This document shows positions 1-11,530 of a stretch of DNA of 64,000 nt, one piece after another. The DNA is from Podarcis liolepis. Lineage: Eukaryota. The translations under genes and the position numbers were made by a program. The stretch lies in NCBI GenBank assembly GCA_965112155.1, contig OZ218111.1; one strand, written 5' to 3'. The notes beneath the pieces were generated by a model, which was given only the letters and a program-made list of their open reading frames with translations, did not search any database and had not been told where the DNA came from. Every line of letters starts with the position of its first letter. The first letter of the stretch is position 1.

Positions 1-457
1 GTTAGCCATTCATGTTCTGTTGTACCATCACCTGATCCAAACCAAGAAAACAGTGTTGGGTGGAATATAACTCCTAGCACCAAGAGGAGAAACATCACCT
101 ATAGGTTGTCTGCTAATAGTAGTTCCAGGACAACAGGGAGATTTAGGAAGAAAGGATGCTATACAGCTAAAGACTTAAATATTTGTTAAGAAATATGTGC
201 CCATTCATTTCTGCCCATCTTGTTACCATTCCCCTTGGCCACTAAGTTCTTACACATAGAAAATGGGCACGCTCACTACACTGAGAACAAGGCAGCAACA
301 CACACTGATTATTCTGCCAAGCCACATTCAAGTAGATAAAAATATTGCAATTTCTCCCCTAAAAAAATTCTTCTAGTTTACCCTGGGATCAAAGCCTAGA
401 CAGAGTGATGGCCCAAACACCTCATTTAGAACAACTTAAAAAGACTCTGGGGAAAGT

Positions 458-504
<47 letters not shown>
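458..504. repeat. Compound (CT)n(GT)n microsatellite
   Basis: Directly visible. Confidence 0.95.
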
Positions 505-505
<1 letters not shown>

Positions 506-3184
506 GTTAAGAGATTCAGTCCAGGGAAAGGTCAGGTCGGAGAGGCCTGGGGATGGATGTGGGTGAGTGTCAGCCAGCCTAATTTTCTCTGCCAACTCTG
601 AAAATGAGATAAACAATGACAAACCGGGCATTTTAAATGAACTTGTCACATCTCATTTTCTTGAGAAGGGCTGCCTTTTTTTAAGCCACTGGGCTTCTGC
701 AGGAAGATTAACCCTTTCAAAGATGAACACCTATTGATAGATGTGAATGATATAGCTCAAACTATCTGACTTTGTTTAGTAATGACTTCCAAGTAACCCA
801 CTATGGACTCTTTGCCTCCTTGGGTTTCTCCCTACCCTTGGGTGTTATACTTCCCCAAGGGAACATCAATGCTTAATTCTCTGCCCTGCCTGTGGATGAA
901 CTTTCCCAAACATGAAATATTACCAACGAAGTGACACTGTGCTGTTCCATTTTCTGCTTTCCAGGAGCTAAGATAGGTCACCTGGAGGCACCCACCTGGC
1001 ATGACTTTGGCCCGTGGGATAAAACATTTTCATGTGCAACAGCTTTTCCTGGCGTCTGGTGTTGGATGAGAGTTGGCTTCATTCAAGGATGCTGCTGCTG
1101 CTTTTATTCTTATTGACAGTTCATTCGAAATGCTTTCCTTTCTGTATATTTGCATTTATTACATTGTAGATTACTATCTTTCCTTCTTTTTTGCATCTTC
1201 AATATTTTTATAGAAGGGACTAATCTGTACATGAAACTAAACATTTGGACTAAAACATGCAAATGAAGCATTTGCTTAATCTGAAACACCAAAGTGTTTA
1301 TTACATATCATAGCAAATTCAAGGCACCTTTATTAAAACCTGCACGTGTAAAATTGGAGACTTATTACAAAATGGAGGGTAAACCAACCGTGTGCCTACA
1401 AAAGAAAGGTCTTCCCTTGATGTTCGTCTTAAAATACCCCCCACATCAGTCAGACCTCAGGGCGAGGCTGGAGTCACCAAAAAGAAGGCCCTGCTTCTAA
1501 GCCAAGCAGACTGTATTTCTCTATGTAAGGGAATCTAGAGCAGGGTCGTCCCCCCCCCATTTCATAAAGGATGTGGGCGCTCATTTAGGGAAATGCATTC
1601 CCTTAGCTAGGGTGGAACAAGCTGCTTAAGACTTTAAAAGGTCACAGCCAGCATCTTGAACATAGGTCCTGGATATGTCAACCACTCTGCATTTGTTGCA
1701 AGAGGGGGTGCTATACAATCCCACAGTCTTCACACTATCAAAAGCCCGACGGAGGAGTTCTTGACATTCCCAAAGACACCCAGTGGTGTACATGGACTAC
1801 GTGGGCTTTGAAAACAGGACTAACAATTGCCAATAAATGCTGAGCAAAGGCAAAAACTGAGCTGACAATTTACCTATCATATCAGAGCAAAGGGGACAAT
1901 GGCATTTCCATTAAATGCAGGAAGCATCTCAATCCAGAACAATAAAATAAAATGGAAGGTCCTAACTGTTCTACTTGGAGGCCACCTTATTAGGAAGGAT
2001 GGCGGTGCCCTCAGATGGCACTTCAAGTACAGTTTATTAGTGTGTGATATTAAAAGGGTGTTTTTATTGCATGATATAATGCAATGGGAACATGGGCACT
2101 CTGCAGAAAGACCTTGCACTCAGAAGTGTAATGAACCCAGAGCCCGGCAAACATTATACTGTACATTAACCTATCGTTAACGGCACATTAGGGCTGGGGG
2201 CACTGCACGCTTGCTGGTCAGGACGCCAGTCAGGACAGCACAGAGGAAAAAGAGAGAGGAAAACACATAGTGCCTGCACAGGAGGAAAGCAAAGAGATAA
2301 AATAAATATGGCTACAGGGCCTGTTTGGTAAAAAGGTTCTTCTCACAGCTTAGCATGCAATTGTGAGACTTCTCACTGGAAAAAGAAGAACAGAGCAGCT
2401 TTATCTGGAGATATTTAAAAATGAGACTTTAGTGGTTTCTGTGCAATGGCGCAGCGTAAACAGTTTTCATTTAACAAAACATTGCGCTCACTGGGTCCTC
2501 TCTGCCTGAAAGTCGCCATCAAGATTCTTTGGCTTAATCCTGACACATTTTTATCACTACTGTCCTTTCCTGCTAGGCTGCCAATAGCAGTTGGTCTTCA
2601 TTCTCTCTTGATTAGTTGATTGGACCTCTTGTGAAAGGGCTCCTGATACAAATCTGAATGTTCACTATGGACATGCAGGAGTAAATTCTGCTACTGCCTT
2701 GGAGGCACCTCTGATGGCAGCGACTTTCACCAGCTGATCTGTTGTCAACATCCTGCCGCTACGTCCTCTCCAAACTTCTGTCTCTATGCTTCTGAAATCC
2801 TGCTCCATCTGGCTATAGCATGTCAGGACACACTTTGTTCATCAAGCCACGTCTCATCATTCAAGCCCTTCCTCAAAATCCAAAATATTTTTAGCAATTT
2901 GTTTCCTGAGCCTCACTTTGTCACTGCCCCTAGACTCCCTCCAAACATCTCCATGACTCACTGTCAGTTCCCAACTGCTCTCTTAATGTGACCGGGGCAG
3001 GTCCATCTCACTTCTGCACCTTGCATGCATCTCTACTGCCCAGCCGACATTACACAAAGGTTAAACAGTACCAATGGCAGGAGTAAAAGTCAGTGGTATC
3101 AGGTATGACGACGCAGCCAAGAACAGACTTCAATGGTCCTTGGTTCAATGAAGAGGTTTTTTTTTTTGCTGAGCTTGCCCATGG

Positions 3185-3341
3185 TAAGAACAAAAGAAGA
3201 GCTTTGCTAGAGCACATTAATGGCCCATTTAGTCCAGCATCTTGTTCTCACAGTAGCCAGCCAGATGCCCTAATGGGGGACTCACATGCAGGACCCAAGC
3301 ACAAGAGCCCTCTCCCCTCCTGTGGCTTCCAGCAACTGGTA
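3185..3341 (-). mobile_element. CR1-like 3' end fragment (TTCTTATG-type tail family), target of a Sauria SINE insertion
   Basis: taagaacaaaagaagagc...tagtccagcatcttgttctcacagtagccagccagatgcc; related copies near 19945, 49252, 54258, 59622. Confidence 0.6.
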
Positions 3342-3695
3342 AGGGTAAAGGTAAAGGGACCCCTGACCATAAGGTTCAGTCATGGCTGACTCTGGGGTTG
3401 CGGCGCTCATCTCGCTTTATTGGCCGAGGGAGCCAGAATACAGCTTCCAGGTCATGTGGCCAGCATGATGAAGCCACTTCTGGCAAACCAGAGCAGTGCA
3501 TGGAAACGCCGTTTATCTTTCCGCCAGAGCGGTACCTATTTATCTACTTGCACCTCATGCTTTTGAACTGCTAGGTTGGCAGGAGCTGGGACCAAGCAAC
3601 GGGAGCTCACCCCATCGCAGGGATTCGAACCACCAACCTTCTGATCGGCAAGCCCTAGGCTCTGTGGTTTAACCCACAGCGCCACCCGCTTCCCT
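3342..3695 (-). mobile_element. Full-length Sauria SINE (lacertid type) with 15-bp TSD
   Basis: tRNA-like head (gggaagcgggtggcgctgtgggttaaacc...ggttcgaatcc) and (ACCTTT)n tail on the minus strand; TSD ttccagcaactggta at 3327-3341 and 3696-3710. Confidence 0.92.
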
Positions 3696-4092
3696 TTCCA
3701 GCAACTGGTAGTAATGCAGAAAAAGAGCACATGAGACACAACCCTTTTCTCAATGTGCAAAAAAGTCAAAGTGCAAGTTTTTTGGTTACACAACATTCTT
3801 CAGAAGACTGGATGTCTGCCATTTTTCAGACTAATAGGAATGCTGTTAGCAGCCAGAGATCCACCAGCTTCCTTCCACTGCCATTTTAAAATGGTGAAGG
3901 TGGCCTCTTGCATGGTTCAGTGCCCTGTCACACACTGTAATTAAAATGTTCATTAGTGTACATGAGAGGCAATAGCTTTGAATTGTATGGAAAGCTCAAG
4001 ATGAGGCTTCGAGAGTTGCCATTTTAAAATCTCTCCCACAAAATCGCTGCAAACATTAATCATCCCCACACTTCAAATGTTCTGATATCCAC

Positions 4093-4296
4093 NNNNNNNN
4101 NNNNNNNNNNNNNNNNNNNNNNNNNNNNNNNNNNNNNNNNNNNNNNNNNNNNNNNNNNNNNNNNNNNNNNNNNNNNNNNNNNNNNNNNNNNNNNNNNNNN
4201 NNNNNNNNNNNNNNNNNNNNNNNNNNNNNNNNNNNNNNNNNNNNNNNNNNNNNNNNNNNNNNNNNNNNNNNNNNNNNNNNNNNNNNNNNNNNNNNN
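4093..4296. other. Assembly gap (204 N)
   Basis: Run of n. Confidence 1.
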
Positions 4297-5239
4297 TGAA
4301 GGATACAATGCTGGAATTCTTACAAGATTACAATTTAAGGTTACTTCCGGAGAAGTCAAATACAGCTCTCCAAATTGCAAAGGCAGATTAGGCCAGGTCA
4401 GTTGGGGGAAAACATTGGCTATCTGGATCACCACACTAATGTTATTGTCTCAGGAGCAGCAGAAGATGAAGCATTTGAGTGAGGGAGAGAATGGATCAGC
4501 GCAGACTGGAACACAGCCAAAAACACACACACAAAAAACATGCTATTTGGGAAGTTGCTTTCTCTGGGCAGTAAAAGCACCAGCTACACTTCATTGTTAT
4601 TTCAAAATTACCAGTGTGTGTGTTAAGAACTTTGTGTACCAGCACCTCTTCCAGTGAGATAATATCTTGGTGGCTGGATCAGACTGAAAGCCACAATGGC
4701 CAACCAGTTGCCTCTGGCAAGCACACAAATGGGTCATGGATGCAGAAACCCAGGGCCCTCCAACTGAATGAGCAGGCAGCAGGGACCCCAAACACAGTGG
4801 AGCTGGCTCACCACATTTTAAGGAACTACACACTTTTATCTAAATCACCAGCCCCTCCAATATTTAAGCCCCTCCAATATTTAAGCTCCAAAGACATGGG
4901 CAGGTCTGCAAAGGTGTCCCCATCTTTCTTCTCTTGCATTTGCTTTAAGAAACACTACCTTTGTGGTGCTGGTTGCCTTACCTTCAATGGAAGGTAAAAA
5001 AACAAGGGACTTAAGGGAAGCGAAGCCTGAGCCTGCCTTCTTTGTATTTCTTTCTTTAAAATCAATGTTTAATTTAAAAATTAGAAAGTGGAGCAGGCTG
5101 CAAACACAGAGGTTGATTGAAGCAAAATTTAAATTCCTGTCAAGTCCATTTAAACACAGGGGCCCTTCATAGCCAATTAGTTGCTCCGTGTGAATGCAGG
5201 ATAAACTTAGGCCTGGTCACCGTTAGCAGAGAGCAGACC

Positions 5240-5930
5240 CACTGTGAGGTGCTAGGAAGGGAAAAAATTAACTAAAATCAGGAGTGTATGAAATATTTAT
5301 CCTCCCAGCTTATCACGATGGGGTTTTGCAAAGTGTAAATGAGACAAAAATCGATTCCTCGTCACCCTCAAATCAATCCCCCCAAATGGGTCGGGGCATC
5401 TGTTTCAGCTAAATTTTGTTTACTATGGCAGATTTTGCCTTAATTGTGGTTGTTTATCTCCCGCCGTCCCCGGGGCCCTAATCTCCCGATAACTAATACT
5501 TAACACTCATTCCACATCTAAAGCTACTTCGAATCCTCAACAGGTTTCGGAGCTCTTAAAATTATTGAAACTGCAGAGACAGGAGACAGAGTCGCTTTGT
5601 GAGAAGGGCATTCTCTTCTCTACAACCAGCTGGGTCCAATCACCACCAGGGATGGAGACAACAAAGGTGCTAAAAGGCTCTTTCACAATTGCGACTGCGC
5701 CACCGGGAATTCAGGGATAAAAATGAGCTTTGATGGAGAACTGGGGGGGGGGGGGAGGAGAGAAAGAGAGAATCCAAACAAGGTTTGTGGCAGTCTAGCC
5801 AAAGAAAGTTATTGTCATAATGAAATGCTGTCAATCACCATAAAAATCCAATTAAGAGCTGTTCGGCATAGGCTCTCTTAAGCAGAAATACTTAAGACGT
5901 AATTTCGGCAACTCTACAAATGAGAAAGTG
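5240..5930. promoter_or_regulatory. Candidate conserved intronic enhancer with a PBX-MEIS/PREP decamer
   Basis: No transposon recognised, locally CpG-enriched, many TAAT cores; ctgtcaatca (=TGATTGACAG) at 5828-5837 followed by ccataaaa. Conservation itself was not tested. Confidence 0.55.
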
Positions 5931-8624
5931 GTTCTGGAGTTATTTTTAAAAAAGATCAGGAGCTCCTCCCACAAATCCTGGACACACACAAACCAGTTTC
6001 TCATAGTCCCCTATGAAACAGAAAATGCTTCATAGCCATAGATGCACCCATTTTAGGAATGCTTTAAAGGTGGACCAATCCCATTACTACATCCCTTACA
6101 GAGTAAGAGAATCATCCCACAGCCCTAAATTTGTACTCAGGAATATTTTTTCAAAGGCATAGCATTGTACAGACATTTATTTAATATTTATATTACCCAA
6201 TGAGAAATGTAGACCCATCATGGACAGGGTTTATTTTAACGCAAAGGGGAAATGCCCATCTTTGTCCTTCTGCAATTAGTAACTGCCAATTCAATCCATC
6301 CTGTTCCAGTTGAATGTTTATTTTTATCTTTTTAGATGTATCATTAAGGGACTTGAAGGCAAACATTGTTCTTCTCACCGGGACTTGCGTAGGAGGAATC
6401 CCCCCTGAGGACTATGTCCCAGATTAACAAGTGTTGACTTTTCTCTATCAGTTCAAATATTGGCACATGGATCTTCGTAAATATTACCAAAGGACACATG
6501 GGGAAATGGTGGTGTCCTTCATTCAGGGAAAACAGCTTTCAACTTTCAGTGAATGTGGAAAACCCTTTCAGACAGTGGGTGGCTTCTGGGAAAAGGGCCT
6601 TCTTCGTGGTGGCCCCCTACCATTGAACACTCTCAACTGGTAAGCTTGCCTGATTTCTGCCTTACCTTCCTGGTGTCAAGGGAAATACTTGTTTATTTTC
6701 ACAGACCTTTCAGCAGATTTACTCCTTGTCAAATTTGTCTTATGCTGCTTTTGTTTAAGTTTTAATGTGGCTGTATTTTTAAGTGATTGTTTTGTCTTTC
6801 ATTATGACACGCTGGAATATTTATCTTGAAGGAAAGGGCACAGACAATAAACAATAGAGGAAAAGTAACCGTATCATGTGCTGCAGATAAGTCTAACTGC
6901 TTGAGAGGAATAAATAAGCCTACAGCTTCACTATGCAGGCAATACTAATGCACAATGAAGTGGCTGCACAGCCATGGCTGGGTTTCAGTTGCACAAATCT
7001 GATCTCGTAGAGAAGTCCAAAAAGGGACAACAGCAAGTGTGGCTATTTTTCTGTTCTCTTATGTTTTTAGTTCAAGCTGATAACACGTTTTACTAGCGTA
7101 AGCAAATAAAAAACCCTAAAACCAAACACCAACAACAGCAATGATCGGATCTGAATGTATCAGTTGATTAATTATAACATAATTCACAGATTTTAAAAGA
7201 TTGGGATTTAAGTTTAGTCTTTTCATTCTGGTGGCACTGTGTGATCAGAAATCATTATACACTGGTATGGAGAACATTGTCCTGCCACAAAGACTCTTCT
7301 TGCAGCCTGCAGGCCTGTATAAACTCTGAGGGGTTGGGGGAAGAGCTGTTTCTAGCACTCAGTTCCACACCCTAATTCTGCCACATCAGTTAGAAATGTT
7401 TACATGCAAAGATGGAGCAAGATAGCAAAGGACTCTTTTCTCTGACCTAAGGGGTTCCATTGCTGATTCCTGTCACTTGATGAAGTGGCCTTCATAATAA
7501 TAATAAAAACAGGCTCCTCTGTCCTGTAATTACACCACGGCACCTAGGAGTTGAAAACTATTACTTGTAAGCACTGTACATATTGCAAATTTAGTTACCA
7601 ACCTTGGTGGTCAGATAATTTATGCAACTACAAAGTTTTAATAGTAGGCAGGGGATACATCACTTCAAGGACTTCCCCTAGTGGTGTTAAAGGGAAGATA
7701 ACTGCATTTGGGTAGCTTGGGATTCTCACTATATAAAAAGACAGAAGAGGAATATTTTTAAAAATACAGTAAAAAGGAACAAACAACTAGCTAGAAATAC
7801 ACAAACTTTCCTGTAACCAAATCTAATCAAAGGCTGCATCTGCAACATTATTGCACAGGGATATCATAGAATTGCAACTATTTCCCAGTGTTTTTGTAAA
7901 AACTGGATATATTTTGCAAATCATATAGCTGGATATAGAGACAGCCACTCTATTTTGTTACAGCTTTATTGCTTTGGGATAACAGCCTGTTTTGCTGGGG
8001 CAGGGTGTGGGGCTGGTGTCCATTGAAGCCACCAGTGAAGCAAGGAAAGGAATGCTGGTCCAGTTATACAGGACAAGGGAGATGAGCCTCCTTTCCCTCT
8101 CCACTTGTATGTAGAGTGAGGGTGTTGCTGCCCTGACTGACTAAGCCGGTGCTGCAACATTAACAAGTTCACTATGTGATCCCTGACTGGTTGGGATCCT
8201 GCAGTGAAGGAGCCTTTTCAAATTAAAAAAACAAGGCACTGAAGCAAATTCAAAGAAACAAGGACTACAATACGTGTGTGTGTGAAGAGCGGAATGTAAG
8301 GCTTATGAATGCCAATCCTTTCATATCAAATCCCCAAATGGCAACTTCTGCAGGACAAATCAAACCTCATAAAAATTTGGTGCAGCGTTTGTAATCTCAT
8401 GCACCAATGCTTCCTGCTCAGATGCCCTCCCAGCTCACCTTGCTTCCTGCACTGCAAGGGATGGGTGAATGCTGGACTGCTGCACTGTGCTTCTCTGGGG
8501 CACAATCTGGCAGGAATCCTCGTTGGAAGTGTTTGGTAGGAGTGGAGGGAGAAGAGGAAGCCCTTGTGACTGAGGGTAAAAGAGAGCCCGAGTGCCAGGT
8601 CTTGACTTCTGTGGGTACCAGGAA

Positions 8625-8651
8625 GGAGGAGGAGGAGGAGGAGGAGGAGGA
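8625..8651. repeat. (GAG)n trinucleotide repeat, intronic
   Basis: Directly visible. Confidence 0.9.
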
Positions 8652-9659
8652 GTGATGACTAAGCTGCCATTCTGCTATGGGCTGAGCTGATGGGGTCCTG
8701 CAGCGGAGGGTGCTTCAGATGAGGAACGGCCTTAAGAAACACTCTGGTTTGCTCTTAACTTTCTATCAATAGTACACGCTTCACTAGGAAACCCACCAAG
8801 GGACCGCAACAGCATCTGAAAAAACACAGCCATGCAAAAGCCCCAGAAAACGGGGCCATCTTTTTAAACAATTCTCAAAAGCAGGCCGGTGCTACTGGGA
8901 GACAATTTCCATGTTAGCATGCTTGCTGAAACACTCTCTGCCACTGAACAGCGAGAACAGATAATAACCATTAGTAAATCAAACTCCTTGGCAATATCCA
9001 GCTGTGCCTCGCACATTTACATACAGATAGAATGGGTATATGTTTTTAATATGTATGCGATAACGCACTTTCCCCACAGCTGAAGTGTGTCTTACAAAAG
9101 GAGGAGGCGAATGGGAACGCATTGCCATGAGATAATAAAGTGACCTAGATAAAGTATTAGCCAGCGATTGATCTCAAACAGGGGAAGGCTGCCTCTCTCT
9201 GACCCGGTTACTTACTATGCATAGATTCCATTAAATAGAGCTTAGGAACTGAAAGCTTCAGGAAAACGGTGCCACTGAGGCCGAGATCGACGGTGTCTGG
9301 GTTGGAGTGCACAAATGTATAGCCTCCTGTCCCATGTGAATTCCTGTGGCATTCAGCCACACCTGGAGAACACACCTCCATCAGATAAAAGTGACTCTCC
9401 CACCAAGCCAAAGCCTGATTTAGATTTTAAATGGAGGTGCAGTAGTGTAAACAAATCTTTGCAAATTTTTCTGAGAACTTGTGGATTCTATCCTGATATC
9501 AAGGCATAAAAAGTGCTTTAAAGAAACTAAAAATGATTCCCATCTATAAGCATGCAGGATGAATTAAATGATGGCTCTTTTTTACTTGCTCAAGTAGCTC
9601 AAGTATGATGCAAGCTTTCACGTTCCACAGAAGTCTTCATCAGGCAAAATATCTGAAAA

Positions 9660-9860
9660 GTGTGGTGAAGCAGACAGTGACTGACTGACTTGGAACAGGG
9701 AGACTTGGGCATGAAGCTCGCTGGGTGACCTTGGGCCAGTCAGACATTCTCGACCTAAATGACTTTGTAGGGCTGTTGTGAGGACAGAATGGGATAAATG
9801 TCACCATCCCAAGCTCCTTGGAGAAAGGACATGATACTAATAGGCTAAAATAATAAATAC
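9660..9860 (+). mobile_element. Degenerate MIR/Squam3-like tRNA-derived SINE
   Basis: gctgggtgaccttgggccagtca...gggctgttgtgagga...aagctccttggagaaagg...aataaata. Confidence 0.65.
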
Positions 9861-9916
9861 ATAGAATAGGTTCTTGCATGTCCAAGTGTGGGATAGTTCT
9901 GCAGTCAAGTGTCAGA

Positions 9917-10158
9917 CAGTGGTACCTCAGGTTAAGTACTTAATTCATTCCAGAGGTCCATTCTTAACCTCAAACTGTTCTTAACCTAAAGCACCACTTT
10001 AGCTAATGGGGCCTCCCGCTGCTGCTGCGCTGCCGGAGTACAATTTCTGTTCTCATCCTGAAGCAAAGTTCTTAACCTGAGGTAATATTTCTGGGTTAGT
10101 GGAGTCTGTAACCTGAAGCGTATGTAACCTGAAGCGTATGTAACCCGAGGTACCACTG
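9917..10158. mobile_element. Tc1/mariner (Tigger-like) MITE
   Basis: TIRs cagtggtacctc.ggtta / taacccgaggtaccactg; TA on the right flank; internal tgtaacctgaagcgta repeats. Confidence 0.85.
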
Positions 10159-10404
10159 TATATTTTATCAGGCACTTGGCTCAAGGTGAATTATCTTACT
10201 GATTTTCAGGGTCTTTTGCTTTGTGTTTACATGGAGCTTATATGAACACTCTTTGAGACCCATTGGCTACCTGCACCTGGTTAAGCTGGCCTGACAAAGC
10301 TGTTTCCTGGGGTGTGGCTGCTGTCAAATGATGACAGCTTCTAGGCGCCATGGGTGAGAGCTGAGTGCAGGGTGGGGACCAAGGTGGACCAACTACCCAA
10401 GAAG

Positions 10405-10530
10405 GATCTGGTGCCTTCCAGATGTTTTTGGACTGCAACTCCCATCAGACCCAGCCAGCACAACTGTGCTGGCTGGGCCTAATGGGAGTTGTACTCCAAA
10501 GTACCTGAAAGGTGACAGGTTGGTGAAAGC
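10405..10530. mobile_element. Palindromic short MITE-like repeat (ggactacaactcccatca family)
   Basis: Internal hairpin cccagccagcaca-ac-tgtgctggctggg; about 10 related copies in the window. Confidence 0.75.
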
Positions 10531-11069
10531 TGCTGTAGGTCATTTGTAAGTCATTCATGAGCAGTGAGAGGAGGGATAAAAATAGATGCTTCCAGTTCTC
10601 TGGATATTAGCCATTGGAGATATTGGGACCATGCAGGCAATTTAGTATAATTAAAGGGTGGCAGCAAATGAAGATAGCTGAGCTCCAGTATTTTCCCACT
10701 CTCAGTTAATTATCGCTAAATTATTATATGCATTTCAGAAAGCCAAGTTTTTAAGGGTTTATTATAACTTCCCATCCTAATGTAGCTCCCATCAAAGTTA
10801 GTAGCATCATTTCCACTAGGAGTTGGCCTTGGCCACATTCCACCAGGAGGTTTTGCTGCACAAGCCCCATTTAAAATGGATTGAAATGCAATAGGACAGC
10901 AGCAGAAATAAGATTTGGTAGTACACAGTGCTTTTGGTCTTTGTTTCTTCTCTCTTTTTCTATGTGTGTGTTTGAGTCCAAAGAATCAGAGGAAGCTTTT
11001 TAAGAGTGAGTTAGGGACTTCCATTGCATGCAAAGATAGGCTCTGGCAGATTGAGCAGACAACACTAAT

Positions 11070-11530
11070 TGTGGGTCCAATGGTCAAGAAGGCAGTTTCT
11101 GCGCTTACTGCAGAGGGAAGTGAGGGGCAAATGGGGCTCATCAACCTGGGAAGGTACCCCATCTAGGAGAAGGAAAACTCTGACTCTAAATTTCCGCTGC
11201 CTTGTGGGATATCTTCAGGAGAAGAAAAAGCTAAGGAGTAAACCCTGCATAAATCCAGAGTGGAGTTCCTAAGATGGTTGGGTGGTGCCTCATTCTGGCA
11301 ACTCCTGCAGCCAAGCTAGTGCCAAACATATTGCTCTGCTTTCCTTTGGACCACATCAGTGAGGCTGAGAGGGGCATCTTGTTGTCTGAGCAGACCAGGA
11401 CCTCCATACACACAGTCCAAGCTTGTGCCCCAGGGAGGTAACTTCGAAGCTCCTAACGCAGAGGGTTTGACTTCATCCCTGGAGGCACAATCCATTGTCT
11501 CTCAAAACAGACGGATGCCAACAATAACAT
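11070..11530 (+). mobile_element. Probable RTE-related non-autonomous retroelement
   Basis: catctaggagaaggaaaactctga motif resembling RTE-family 5' regions, plus a CAA-like 3' tail (ggatgccaacaataac); family assignment from memory. Confidence 0.4.

Noticed and set aside
4851-4886. Short tandem duplications (17-bp unit here, ~23-bp near 11638-11680, 19-bp at 59554) as CRISPR-like or functional arrays
   Set aside because: Two-copy slippage duplications without spacers, in a vertebrate intron
8407-8655. ORF ending in poly-Glu
   Set aside because: Translation of an intronic (GAG)n microsatellite with no supporting splice or homology evidence
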